From positions 128,278,001 through 128,342,000 of the forward strand of contig OZ024740.1 in NCBI GenBank assembly GCA_964016885.1: a stretch of 64,000 nucleotides of DNA. Direction: 5' to 3'. The position numbers were made by a program, and so were the translations under genes. This stretch comes from Eledone cirrhosa (Eukaryota). Each line of letters starts with the position of its first letter. Within the stretch, counting starts at the first letter, position 1. Below are positions 43,560 through 56,718 of the stretch, piece after piece. The notes under the pieces were generated by a model. That model did not search any database. It was not told the origin of the DNA and saw only the letters and a program-made list of their open reading frames with translations.

Positions 43560-46120
43560 CAATATGTAAAAACAGACAAGAAATAGTATACATATGCCCC
43601 AAGCATGGTACATGATAATAACAAGATCATATTCATTAAAAAAATTCACATAATTGAGGCAGTAAGCAGATCTTGTCATATGGAATTGTATAACAGGACA
43701 ATATCTACCAAAATTCCAACCCACAAAATCTAACATGAAAATCATTCATACATGACTACCTGCACTACAAAACTACCTTGCAACAGGACTAACTGTAACT
43801 GAAAAATTAAGGTAAACATAAAACAAAAACACTTGTAACATAAAGTGCCTGCCTCGAAAGTAAAAATAAAGGAGGAAATAGAGGTACTAAAAATTGACAT
43901 TTCCATGCTTCATGAAATGTCAAACGGGGTTCAAATGACTACTTTGAAATCCAGAAAAGTAAAAAGAAAATACAAAATAACAAACATACACAACATATCA
44001 GAAATAAAAGAAACACTGAAGCAAACATTACAAGTGAAATCTTAAAGGTTAATGCGATATAAAAAAAACACAAAATTTTATAGGCAAAACAAGATCTTTG
44101 AAATATGCTAAAAAGTTCTATAGAGAAATAAAAAAACATGAAATAGAAATAATAGAACTACCCTCAATGTAAGAAGTACAACAATTCTGGGAAAACATCT
44201 GGAGTAATCCAAAGGAACACAATGGAAATTCTGAATGGATTGAACAGCAGAAAGTACAAATGAGGGATATACTGACACAAGAGTGGAATAATATCACAAA
44301 AGATAATATCAAATATGCTGTAAATATATCTCAGAAATGGAAGTCAACTGGTCATGACAAAGTACCAAACTTTTGGCTTTACCACCTTACATCTATACAT
44401 ACTTTGATGGTAAAAACTCTATAAAAAATTATAACTTCATCAATCGAGATACCTGCCTTGATCACAAAAAATGAAGAAACTGATGAATCTAAAATTTATA
44501 GACCGATAACATGCCTGTCCACCTCATATAAACTCTTACCATCAATAACCAATGACCTTCGGTACTCATTTCTACAGGAAAACAATATCTTACCAATGGA
44601 GCAAAAGAGGTGCAGGCAGGGAGATCATATGGTTGTAAGGACCAACTAATAATGAACAAAATTATACTGGAAACTGCTCTACAAAGAAAAGAAGTCTCAG
44701 CACAGCCTGAATAGACAATTGATAGTGTCCCCCATTCACAGATTCTTCAATCTCTTAAGATTTACAAAATATCCTCCAAAATTATAAATTTCTTGAAACA
44801 AAGTATGGGTTCATGGAAAACAACTCTTTCTTGGAACACAACAAATTCAGAAGAAATCTTGATACACTGAGGAATATTTCAGGGAGATTAATTGTCCCAC
44901 CTCCTCTTCTGTAAAGCATTAATCCATCTTTCTCATTTACTAAGAAATTCTACCTATGGCTACAAAATTAAAGAAAGCCTTTTCAGCCATCTTTTCTATA
45001 TGGATGAACTTAAGCTCTTCACTAAATATGATAACAAATTAGAGGGTCTTCTTAAGACCATAAAATACTTTATTGATGACATAGGCATGGACATTGGTCA
45101 TGGGAAATATGCAAAACAGTTCTTGAAGAATAGCAAAGTAACTGCAAGTTCCAATATAGACACAAAACTAAGAGAATATGATCAAGAGGATAAAAACACA
45201 AAAATAAGAGAATTTGATCATGAGGACAACTAGAAATATTTTAGTATCTCTAAATGTGAAGGGATAAGTAACACCCAAATGAAAGAAAAAGCCAGAAAAG
45301 AATAATATAGATGAGTATAACTTATCTTAAACACAGTGCTCAATCCAAAGAACAGAATATCCACAATAAACATCTTAGTAGTACCTGTTGTTCAATACAG
45401 ATTTAACATAGTTAAATGGACAGTACAGGATATCAAAAGAATGGATACTAAGACCCGTAAACTCTTCACATGTCACCATATGCACCACCCTAAATTGGGT
45501 GTTGAGAAAATCTACCAGCCCAGATCTGAGGGAAGCAGAGGTCTACACCAATTGGGTAATGTAAAAATACAGTGGGAGTTATAATACACACTGACATGGC
45601 AATCAAAGTGAACAGACCAGATATTATAATAAAACAAAAACAATAAAATGTGTTTCATGATAGACATGCCAGTACCTGCTGATTGCAATGCATCTTTCAA
45701 GATATTCTAAAATATCTCAAAGTACAAGGATCTTGAAATAGAGATTGAAAAATGTTGGGTATGAAGGCCACCGCTATTCCAGTTGTAGTTGGAGCAATAG
45801 GCCTGATAAACACAGTAACTGAAAAACTCTTGGATCACATGCCAAGTAAACATTATATAAAATAAATTTTTTAAATAGTTCTTACTTGTACTGTCTACAT
45901 TTTGCAAGGAGCATAGTCAATGTAATGTTGGGGAGGGTGGGATAAACTATGTTGTACCAATGTACAGAAGGGTGCACTTTATCTATTATATATTTTGTAA
46001 CAATCAGTTATTTATGGAGGTGAAAAACATGTCATAACAAACTATCAACCATTTCAAGCCCCTGGTTGAGATCCAGTGGGATGTATGTGAATATACAGAT
46101 ATCTAAGTAAAATAATAATA
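43560..46120 (+). mobile_element. Decayed R4/Dong-like non-LTR retrotransposon (RT plus restriction-like endonuclease)
   Basis: YRPITCLSTSYKLL, EQKRC, GIFQGD-LSHLLFC, SHLFYMDELKLF, PRSEGSRGL, NRPDIII, KYKDLEIEI, IPVVVGAIG. Ends at a short (TAA)n. Confidence 0.85.
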
Positions 46121-47989
46121 AAAAAGGTTTCTGATTTAGTTCATGGCCAAAAATCTTTCAGGGGAGGGGAAAGTCAATAAAATCAACCCCAGTGCATTAC
46201 TGTTACTTTATTTTATCAACTCTGTACGAATGAAAAACAAAGCTAACTGTGATGGGATTTGAACTCAGAATGTAAACAGGCATCAATCTATGATGAAAGT
46301 ATGTTTCCCAATGCTCTACTGATACTTCCAATAACAATAACACAATATCCTCACAATCTGTACAATAAGCACTAATTAAAATAAAACGAAGTAACTAGCA
46401 CAAAACACTCTTCAAAATTAATAACTAATAAAACATTTGAAGTATTAGTAGGTAAGCAATTGTTGATTGATAAAAGTAATAGTGCAGAGTATTTGTTGTT
46501 GGTTCTCAGGTTAAGTAGAATTAAGTGGTGGTATTGGATAGTTGTAGGTGTGGGTGTTTGACAACAATAATGTTAGAAGAAAACTTGTATTAGAAATTCT
46601 GTTGTTGAGTCTCAAGTAGTTACCTCACCCTACCACTGTCTGCGACATCTCTTTATGTAGCATTTCTTTTATCCGGATTTAGAATTCAGAAATTATGTGT
46701 CTGATTTGTCGGGTGTGTCCTCTTTCAGATACTTGAAAATGATTGCTACTTGTTTTAAGCGGTGGATTGGTAAGTAGAGCGAAGCAGATCTATGATCTGG
46801 AATAATACAAACTGAATGAGCAGCGGTGTATCAACAGAAGTGGAGTTGGTAAACTGTGATTGCATCTAAGTGTAATAATATTTGGAAAGCAGCTATTGAA
46901 TAAGAGATATTGCCAATAATTGTTTCTACTTTAGGCACAAGGCCAGCAATTACCCAGTGCATTACTGAATGCATTGGTATAAGACTGGTTGAGTGGGTGT
47001 ATGATTATTGGTCCGTAAATGTATATTGTTTATGTGGAAATGTCTGTGTGGTTGTATAAATGTGTTTCTATCATATCTATTTGTATGTGTGAGAAAGAGA
47101 TTATGTTAAAAAATTTGGTATATAATATGTTATGCCTCATTATATAAACTATGCATATATATGAAAATAATATACTTACAAATATATATATATACATTGA
47201 GATACACATGTCTGTGTATGCTTATATAAGATTATATGTATATATATAATGCAGAGATTACCATGCCTACTAAGACATTACGCCATATATATTTATTTCT
47301 GATCATTGTTAACATACCAATGTTAGCAACATACATAGATAATCTGTTGTTTTATTCTTCCACTAGTTTCAGTCATTGAGCTGTAGAACTACTGGAGAAA
47401 CACATTCAAAAGGTTAGTCAATTTTATTGATTCTTGTACTTATTTAAGTGTAGTACATTTCTCTAGATTTGCTCTCTTCTAGACTGTCTTTGGGGTCTCA
47501 GGATAGGTAATCTTTGTGGGTCCATCCCACACCTCACAGGAGAGGTCACAGATGCCCATTGCCAGTTTTTGCAGTATGAAATGGAGACTTTAATATATTT
47601 CTTGAACAGTCTCCTGTACCTAAGACCTGAATGCATCCTTTGTTAGCCTGTGCGAAGGACGATAAAGTATGGTTCTTTTTCGTTTTCCTCATCATATTGC
47701 AGTTTCAATTTTAGTGACCTTATTCATGCCATTCACCAATCTGGTCTTTTGTCAATCTTGCAGCCTTGTATCCCCTCATTGTAGCTATGTCACTGGATTG
47801 TGAGAGTTTTATGGAGAGCTAGAAGTGTCACCCATTGGTCCATCTCCCTTAGCAGTTTACCACTCTTGGTCCAGGTTTGATTATTTGTCTGGCATTTAAC
47901 CACTTATATCACAACTAGCCATTTTATCTGGTGGCCTTCTGAAATGATTAACTTTGCCTTTTGGTTTTATTGTTAAGTGTATATATATA

Positions 47990-50482
47990 TATAGACCTAT
48001 AGGCAGGAGGAGAGTAACATGGTGATGGAATAGTAAGGTGGAGGAGTAAATCAAGGCCAAAAAGCAGGCTTGGAAAGTATGGCGGGATGGGGGAAGTAGA
48101 GAACACTATCAAATGGCCAGGAGAGAAGCTAAGAGACAAGTGTACTTTAAAAGAAGGGAAGCAGAGGAAAGAAAGTTCAAGCATGTTCTACAACGCGAGG
48201 ACCAACAACGTGATGTGTTCAGGATTGCAAGACAATGTGTTAAGTAAAACCGTGATATTGTTGGGGAGAGATGTGTCCATAATGGTGATGGTGTACTTGC
48301 CATCACTGATGCTGATAAGAAGGTAGCTTGGAAGTGTCACTATGAGAGCCTACTAAAAGAGGAGAATAAATGGGAAAAAGATAGCCTGCCCCAAATAGTC
48401 TAAATGAGGAGAATAAATGGGAAAAAGATAGTCTGCCCAAGCAGTGCAAGTTGAAGGTAGTATAATAAGGCAATCAAAGATATGAAGACAGGCAAGGCAG
48501 CTGGGCCTTTGGAGATAGTTGCTGAAATGCTGAAAGCATCTGGAATGGTGGGACACACTATGGTCACCCGGATAGTAAACCAAGTCATACAGAATGGGGT
48601 CATACCAAATGACTGGCGTAGCAGCATCATTATTAACTGCTACAAGGGATGCCATAGATAGGGGAAACTATAGAGGCATTAAATTAGTTGACCAGGTCAT
48701 GAAGGTCACAGAAAGAGTTATAGCGCAACTAATCAGAGAGCGAATTGATCTAGATGAAATGCAGTTTGGGTTTGTGTCAGGTAAAAGTACCACAGACACT
48801 GTTTTCCTTGTATGACAACTACAGGAGAAGTACCTAGCTAAAAGTAAACCCTATATTTAGCTTTTGTCATTTGGAGAAAGCCTTTGACAGAGTCCCCCGC
48901 TCCATTATCTGGTGGGCTCTTAGAAAACTAGGTGTTCATTAATGGCTTGTGAGAGCTATACAAGCCATGTATAAAGATACAGTCAGCAAGGTTAGAATTA
49001 ACAATAAATATAGGAAAGAATTTAGCATAAAAGTTGGTGTCGATCAAGGCTCTCTCCTTAACCCCTCCTATTTATTATTACCCTTCAGGATATAACATAT
49101 GAGTTTAAGAATGGCTGCCCATGGGAACTTCTATACGAAGGTGATATAACTCTTATAGCTGAATCGATGGCTGAAATAGGGAAGAAATTCCAAACATGGA
49201 TGCATGGCCTAGAATCAAAAGTGCTTAAAGTTAACTTGTCTAAGACTAAAGTTCTAGTATGTAGAAAGGAAAGTAGGGCACAGGTACCCTATGGGAAATG
49301 GCAATGCTCAGTGTGTAGGAAAGGAGTAGGCAGAAATTCCATTTTATGTCCCAAATGCAAAAGATGGGTACGTAAAAGATGTAGTGGGATCACAGGTAAG
49401 CTATCTAAGAACGTAGATTTTATATGTGGCCGATGCTCAGGTGCAATAAGTAGCAAGTTCCCACAGGATACTATCTCCTTCTATTGCCCAGATCGTTCTA
49501 TAGAAATAGTGGACACTTTCCGTTACCTAGGTGACAAAATCAGCTGTGGTGGAGGGTGCTCTGAAAGTACAGTAGCCAGAGTCAGAACGGGATGGAAAAC
49601 GTTCAGATAGCTTATACCACTATTGGCCACTAAAGGTTTCTCTCTAAAAATGAAAGGCAATTGTATGATGCCTGCATACGAACAGCAATGTTACATGGCA
49701 GTGAGACATGGGCATTGTGTGCAGAGGATCTGCGCAGACTGGAGAGGAACGAAGCATGCATGCTCTGCTGGATGTGTAATATTTGCGAATGGAAAAGCAT
49801 AAATGAACTAAGTGAGAAATTAAGAATGAATAAGAGGGATCAGATGTTGTTTACTCGAGAGAAGACTACGTTTGTATGGTCATGTGATGCGTATGAAAAC
49901 ACCATTTGTATAAAAAAGCGCAGGGCGATCAAAATTGATGGAAGTTACGGAGTAGGTAGACCCAGAAAAACCTGGGAGAATTTGATAAATTCTGACCTTA
50001 CACACTTACACCTCTCTAAAACAATGTCACTGGATAGAGATCTTTGGTGCTACGGAGTAATACAGAAGACCCGCCTTGCCTATGTACAAAGCGATACCTA
50101 CAGTCAGTAGGCACCTCTTAACCAAATATACATCCCCATCCACTACCCCTACTCCACCCCACTCCCATCAACACCCTTTCACTCTAAAGTTATGTTGGTA
50201 CCACAACATCCAGTCCAAAATAAATGAGGTTGTGTAGGTGTCAGGACAAAAATCACACAGTCCACGCTGCATTGTGGTCGTGTAGGTAGCACGGTAAAAA
50301 CCTCCCAGTCGACACTATAAACGTGGTTGTTGTTAGGAAGGGCATCCAGCCGTAGAAAACCTGCCAGACAGTCCTATACAAGAGAGACATGGTCACCCGA
50401 CCAATCTTGCCTCAAGTGGGACAATTCCCGTCTAAACCCATGCTAGCATGAAAGATAGACGTTAAACAATGATGATGATGAT
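47990..50482 (+). mobile_element. RTE-type LINE, longest copy (RT, PHD-like finger, 3' UTR, (GAT)n tail)
   Basis: NYRGIKL, QFGFVSGKSTTD, LEKAFDRVP, WQCSVCRKGVGRNSILC, FRYLGD, LHGSETW, GRPRKTW. Several stops and frameshifts. Confidence 0.95.
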
Positions 50483-50519
50483 ATATGTGTGTGCATGTGT
50501 GTGTGCGTGTGTGTATGTG

Positions 50520-50930
50520 TGTTTTGAAGAACTCATTATTGTTACGAGCTCCATTTCATTTGGGATGTTTTCTAGTGTTATGGCTGTAATATGGAGAGTG
50601 TAAATAGATCGAAAAGAGTTGAAATCAGTGTTGTAGCATATGTACAAACTTTATTTGTATATTTCAATTGTTTCGATCAGCTCCAGATACAATCAAGATG
50701 ACGGGGCCCAACTTTTTTTAGACATATCATCAGATATGTGAACTTATATGTGCAAAGATGTGTTTAGATGTATCTTTGCACATATAAGTTCACATATCGG
50801 ATGACACGTCTAAAAAGAGCTGGAACCTGTCATTTTGATTGTATCCTGAGCTGATTGATATCAAAACAACTGTAATATACAAATAAAGTTTGTACATATG
50901 TTGCAACATCGACTTTGACTCGTTTACATC
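50520..50930. mobile_element. Older non-coding palindrome (IR ~50616-50921 plus left tail) with two degenerate head-to-head hammerheads
   Basis: - arm: ATAT-CTGATGA...GAAA-CAATTG-AA-ATAT (50659-50737). + arm: ATAT-CGGATGA...AAAA-CAACTG-TA-ATAT (50794-50878). Both are followed by AATAAA. Confidence 0.7.
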
Positions 50931-51012
50931 TATCCATCTATCTATTTATCTATCAATACACACACATGTATATATATATATATATAGAAGTGGTTACACA
51001 ACAGTTAGTTCA

Positions 51013-51062
51013 CCATACCAAGAACGATTGTTTCACCTTAGCGGATCCTCAGCTCGTAATGG
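51013..51062 (-). ncRNA. Hammerhead ribozyme in the inverted pseudo-LTR
   Basis: Reverse complement: CCATTACGAG-CTGAGGA-TCCGCTAAGGT-GAAA-CAATCG-TT-CTTGGTATGG. Confidence 0.75.
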
Positions 51063-51454
51063 ACATGGTTATACGGAACAGGAAGGAAAACCGTATGAAG
51101 ACGCTTGTGTAGAAACGGTCACTTCACTCAGGCAATACTATATTGCCGGCGAGAGGTGTAAGGGAGATAACTGCGAAAGTCCGAAAGTTTCTAGTTGATA
51201 AGAAAATTAGGATGTTGTTGTAATTCAATCCGGAGCTTTGTAGTTATGTAAGAGGTGCTTCCAGACGTGTGGACAACGTGTGAAGAATTCATTTCTCGTG
51301 TTTAGGCAATCCCCATTGCGTAATCTCTTTAGAATATTTGTTCGTTCATCAATACATAGTCCACACGATGGATTGCCCCTTGCGTATGGCTTGGACTTAG
51401 TGATGGCTTTCCATTGAATGGAGTAGTTTATACTTGAGTCCTTGAGGGACCATA

Positions 51455-53395
51455 ACACTTTCAACCTGAAATCGAGAGACTAGCCTCCTAAGGTAACTGA
51501 ACTTGCTCCTTTCGAGGTGGACCTTCTTGACTTAGTCGCTAACATTTCCTTTCGCAAACACCCTAACACCTTTCAAACTAAACTTAGAAATGATATTAAG
51601 AAATTTAGGTCTTCTAATAACACTTTCGTTCTTTCCGAGAAAACTAATAAAATTTACGAAGTCCACAACACCACTTTCCGCCACTTGACTCATAACGCTA
51701 TTACTTCCAAATATAAGAAAGCTAACCCTATTGCCTATCACGACATTAATACAGAAGCCAAAGAACTTGCCGCCGCCCTTAAGGTAGATAAGAAGCTACA
51801 ATCTCTAGCTAAGCGGGAGGCGTTCCTCACACTGAAAGATCACAAGGTAGACTTTACTTCTAACCCCACACGTAGACTAATAAACCCGGCACGCACAAAT
51901 ATGGGACTAGTCAGTAAGGCCATACTTAGAAACATAGTTAAGACCATTAGGACCAAGTCCAACCTGCCCCAGTGGGAGAACAGCGACTCCGTAATTAAGT
52001 GGTTTAACTCCTTCAAATACAAAAAAGCGAAGTTCACAGTTGATTTTTACCCGTCGATCTCAGAGACCCTGTTAAACAAAGCATTGGACTTTGCTAGTAC
52101 TTACACTACCGTCGATGGTTTAGACAGGGAAATCATCGCTCACTGCCAGAAAACCCTCCTCTTCAACAACGGAGTAGCCTGGGCAAAGAAGTCAACAAGT
52201 TCAGACCTATTCGCTGTCTCCATGGGATCGTTTGACAGTGCTGACGTATCTGACTTGGTTGGCCTATTTATTTTAGACATATTACGTGTTAGATTCCCGG
52301 ACTTCCACACGGGAATATACTGCGACGATGGATTGATCTTATCGAGCCATAAAAGTGCTCATGATGTCGACCAGTTTAAAAAAGACAGCTTCTACCTTCA
52401 ATGAGTTAGGACTTAGGATAACAGTCGCTACCAACCTCTCTAGCGTAAATTTCTTACACATTAATTTAGACATTCACACACACACATAGAGAACCTTCAA
52501 TAAGCTAAACGAAAACTCAATTACATTCACAAGGACTCATGCCACCCTCGCACTGATTTTAGAAACTTCGTAAATGATATCAGTACTAGAATCTCAAACC
52601 TCCCCTCTAATAAGGCTATCTTTGACAAGGCGGCACCCTACTATAACACGGCATTAGCTAACAGCAGCTTCTCACACCCTATCACTTACTCTCCCACTAA
52701 CAACAACAGCAATAAGAAAAGAAAGCGTAACAATAGAAAAAACTATCTGGTTGTCTCCTCCCTTCTCACTCAGCGTTAAAACCAATGTAGGCAAAACATT
52801 TTTAGCCCTCTTAGATAGACACTTTCCCATAGGTCATAAATACTGTTCCATCTTTAACCGACACAAAGTAAAACTAGGATACTCCTGCGCTAAGAATATG
52901 AAGACCCACATCACCAACAGCCCTAAGAACAACACCCCACCAGGGAGCTCTTGCCGTAAGCCCGAAGATTGTCACCTTCAACAGCAATGCAACACACACG
53001 CTGTAGTTTATAAAGCTGTGGCCACTTCCAACTGACCAAATCAACCACAGGAGGTCAAATCCTATGTGGGTATGGCGGAGGGCCGATTTAAGGAACGCTT
53101 CCTGAACCACCAGTCGACCTTTGGGTACCCGGACAGACGTTCATCCATGAAACTCGCGAGCCACGTATGGTCCCTCAAGGACTCAAATATAGACTACTCC
53201 ATTCAATGGAAAGCCATCTCTAAGTCCAAGCCATATGCAAAGGGCAATCCGTCGTGTGGACTATGTATTGATGAACGAATACATATTCTAAAGAGATTAC
53301 GCAAAAGTGATTGCCTAAACACGAGAAATGAATTATTCACACGTTGTGCACACGTCTGGAAGCACCTCTTACATAACTACAAAGCTCCAGATTGA
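51455..53395 (+). pseudogene. PLE RT plus GIY-YIG endonuclease ORF with a few frameshifts and stops
   Basis: TLKDHK..RLINPA, VDFYPSISE, SMGSFDSADVSDLVG, GIYCDDGL, VVYKA..YVGMAEGRFKERFLNH, CGLCIDE, LNTRNELFTRCAH. Confidence 0.95.
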
Positions 53396-53557
53396 ATTAC
53401 AACAACATCCTAATTTTCTTATCAACTAGAAACTTTCGGACTTTCGCAGTTATTTCCCTTACACCTCTCGCAGGCAATTTAGTATTGCCTGAGTGAAGTG
53501 ACCGTTTCTACACATGCGTGTTCATACGGTTTTCCTTCCTGTTCCGTATAACCAAGT

Positions 53558-53607
53558 CCATTACGAGCTGAGGATCCGCTAAGGTGAAACAATTGTTCTC
53601 GGTATGG
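53558..53607 (+). ncRNA. Hammerhead ribozyme in the PLE pseudo-LTR
   Basis: Stem I CGAG/CTCG extended by CCAT/ATGG; CTGAGGA at 53568-74; GAAA at 53586-89; palindromic stem III; predicted cut after T53597. Confidence 0.82.
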
Positions 53608-54053
53608 TGAACTAACTGTTGTGTAGCCATTTCTACATAACTCGTCCCATGGACTGAGCGCTCTACCACTACGGATATTACCTTCCAGCATTCTACCACT
53701 ATATATATATATTTTTTTTCTTTTCTTTTTTCTTTTCACTTCTTAAACCTTGTTTGTATATAACATTATTCTTTCTGCACCTTCTGTTTAACATGTGCGA
53801 CACCACACTAATACATTCCACTATCATTTGATAATGCATATAAATGCTGAAACCGGTAATAGACAATAATTAAATATATAAATAGATAAATAAATGCCAT
53901 TGTTAAATAATAAATAAATCAACTAATACCTTAACACTTCACACAAAGTAAAACATTTCATTTCAATCATTTTCTAACCCAGAAAATAGAGAGAGAGAAA
54001 CAAAAAAGGAAAAAAAAATATTTTTCTTCCTCATAATCATCTCTTTCTCCCTG

Positions 54054-54110
<57 letters not shown>

Positions 54111-54277
54111 TTGCTCACTGCCAGAAAACCCTCCTCTTCAACAACGGAGTCTGTAGCTCATTAAAATGCTTAACAGAATCGAATATGATGATTATCTACT
54201 ACAAAGACAAGAATTCTAATCATCTGATCTCGTTGGATTTATTAGTTCAGGTCTACCATAGACAGGTAGACACCAGT

Positions 54278-55545
54278 ATCATCATCATTATCATCATTAT
54301 TGTTTAATGATCATTTTCCATACTTGCATGTGTTAGACAGGTTGTCATGTTATGAGACTCCATCTCATATGTATATATATTTTGTCTTGGTTTCTATGGC
54401 TGAATGTCCTTCCTAATACTAACCCCATTACAGTATTGACTAGGTTCTTTTTATTGTGGCAGCACAATTACCATCTTACAGGGCAAACTGGGTACTTTTT
54501 GTCATATATCCAACATTACAAGCTTACAGGGTTAACCAAGTGCTTTTTGTTATGTCACCAATATGAGCACCTTAGATTGAACTGGGTTCTTTTTGTCATA
54601 TCACTAGAATAACCAGGTTACAGGGTGGAATGGGTGATTTTTGTTACGTCACCAGCATGATCACCTTACAGTGTGGACTGTACACCTTACAGCTTTTTCT
54701 TGTGACACCAACATGAACACGTTACATGATGGATCAGGTGCATTTGTTGTTGTGGCAATGGATCAGCATACAGTGCGGCCTTTGAGCTTTTTATCATGGT
54801 TACAGCATTGTAGAAGATAACCTTTCGAGCATGTCCAGCTTTTGTATAAATGGATTGGGCAAGCAAGGTGTATCAGGGGTTAGGGTTTGAAGGGGTGCAG
54901 GTAAGCAAGTTCAACATTGACTAGGTGAGAGTAAGGTATAACGACTGGGTAATGGTGGATAACGGATTGGTGCAGACTAGTGTGTTTTCTGCATGTTTAT
55001 TTCATTTCGTTTTGTGCACATGGGAAGGTGGGTTTTCTGCAGTACAGCGTGATGTCAGAGATGTTGATCCTGTGTCATTGTCTTTGAGAAGTGTAAATGT
55101 GCAAGATCAGCTTCTATCTTTCTCTTTCATAATTTCCATCAACTTCAAGAGCCCTGCACCTTTTTATACAGCTGTTATCCTCCATACACATCACATATCC
55201 ATATCACAGCAATTTCTTCTTCTAAACACTGCAGTTCACTCCTCTTATGCTTAGTTTCTCCCTCAGTTTATTGGCACTTTGCCATTCATGCACACTACTA
55301 TTACATATCCATGAAAGCAATCTTTGTAGGTTCTCTGCACACAATTCCCAGATCTCATTTTCATGCAACATCGCTGTTCTTCCACAAGCATCATACAATC
55401 TGTTCTTCATTTAGAGGAAAAATCATTTGTAGCTAGCAGCGTTAATAGGTCTCTGAACTATTTCCATCCTGTTTTCATTCTGGTTACTAGATTTTCATAA
55501 CACACTCTACCACTGATAATTTGGTCACCCAGTTAACAGAAGCTA
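54278..55545 (-). mobile_element. Decayed RTE-type LINE 3' portion with an expanded minisatellite in its 3' UTR
   Basis: RLYDACGRTAMLHENEIW on -; (CAT)n tail at 54278-54300. Confidence 0.8.
54428..54760. repeat. Degenerate ~48-bp tandem minisatellite, about 7 units
   Basis: Recurring TTACAGGG..CTGGGT.CTTTTTGT.A.ATCACCA.CATGA.CACC. Confidence 0.75.
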
Positions 55546-56685
55546 TCATATATATATACACACACAGAATAATCAAAAAGTAAAAAAATAAGGCATGTGG
55601 TTATCAAAATAAGTGAACAATGTATGTAAAGTAGAAATATTGATGTAGAATAGAAAGATTAACCCTTTATCAAAACACAATAAACAAAAGAATAAGAATG
55701 TAAGAAAAATATTGGATTGAAGAGCAGATATGGTTTGAATGGTTACATTCTGTAGAATGAGAGATGTTTGATTATTAGGGCAGGAAGTGGGCAATGTAGC
55801 AATAAAATATCTTAGAAGGAAGGAGTGAATGTGCTGAACAAGATGATATGAATTCATGGAGAGAAGATGGCATGAGAAACCACTTCCCCACTTACTAGGC
55901 AGTATTTCTGCATTACACTTTGTTGTTTGCCATACATATATATTTTGTCTGTTGATTTGAATATTATGATTATATAATGTCATCATCATCATTTTATGCA
56001 CACCTTTCCATGCTAGTATGGTTTGAAGAGTTTGCCACAAAATGAGTACTTATTCAAATTAGTACTTATTCACCTAGACAAGTGTTTTATTTCACACAAA
56101 CTCAGCATATTCCTGTTGGTTAACCATGTACTTACAATAATAAGCCATAACATCACATTTCCATACAGTACATGCAAATAAAATAAATAGGACTACATTA
56201 GCAGATATTAATACAATTTTATCTAGAATTTCACACAAAAAGGCAAACAACTAGGGAGGCTCTATTTTTATCTAGGATTCAATTCAATTCAATCCAGAGC
56301 CTTCTCACACCTGTTAGAGGAATGCCTTCCTGGTTGATCTCCACTGCTCACTATTTGGTTTTGGTTGTGTCAGGGGTGTAGACGTATTCACCATGCTTGG
56401 TCCATTGCAGTTAGGCAAAGTTATTAAACCCATAGTTAGAGTAGATGGCAGTTGATATAAACGAAAGATTAACACACACAATTAGGCATATTTTGTCTTC
56501 TGCTAATTGTGACCTATACGCCACTAGTATTCCCATTCTGATTTGGAAGTTGGATCCATAAAAATTTCAAATTGTTAATATACACATGAATTTAGGAAAA
56601 CTACATATATATATATATATATACATACCTATAAAAACACTCTGTAAAGTGGTTGGCATCCGGTTAGTGGCATATATATACATAT

Positions 56686-56718
<33 letters not shown>

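Larger units (their letters stand above)
50985..53700 (+). mobile_element. Penelope-like element A: inverted 3' copy (50985-51454), body, pseudo-LTR and tail, in (TA)n
   Basis: 50985-51454 is the reverse complement of 53166-53635. (TA)n on both sides. Confidence 0.95.

Noticed and set aside
53033-53035. In-frame TGA inside the GIY-YIG region as possible selenocysteine (reported for some Naiad PLEs)
   Set aside because: It is not at a cysteine-motif position, is easily explained by CGA>TGA decay, the copy has other lesions, and I recognised no SECIS. A family consensus retaining TGA would reopen this.
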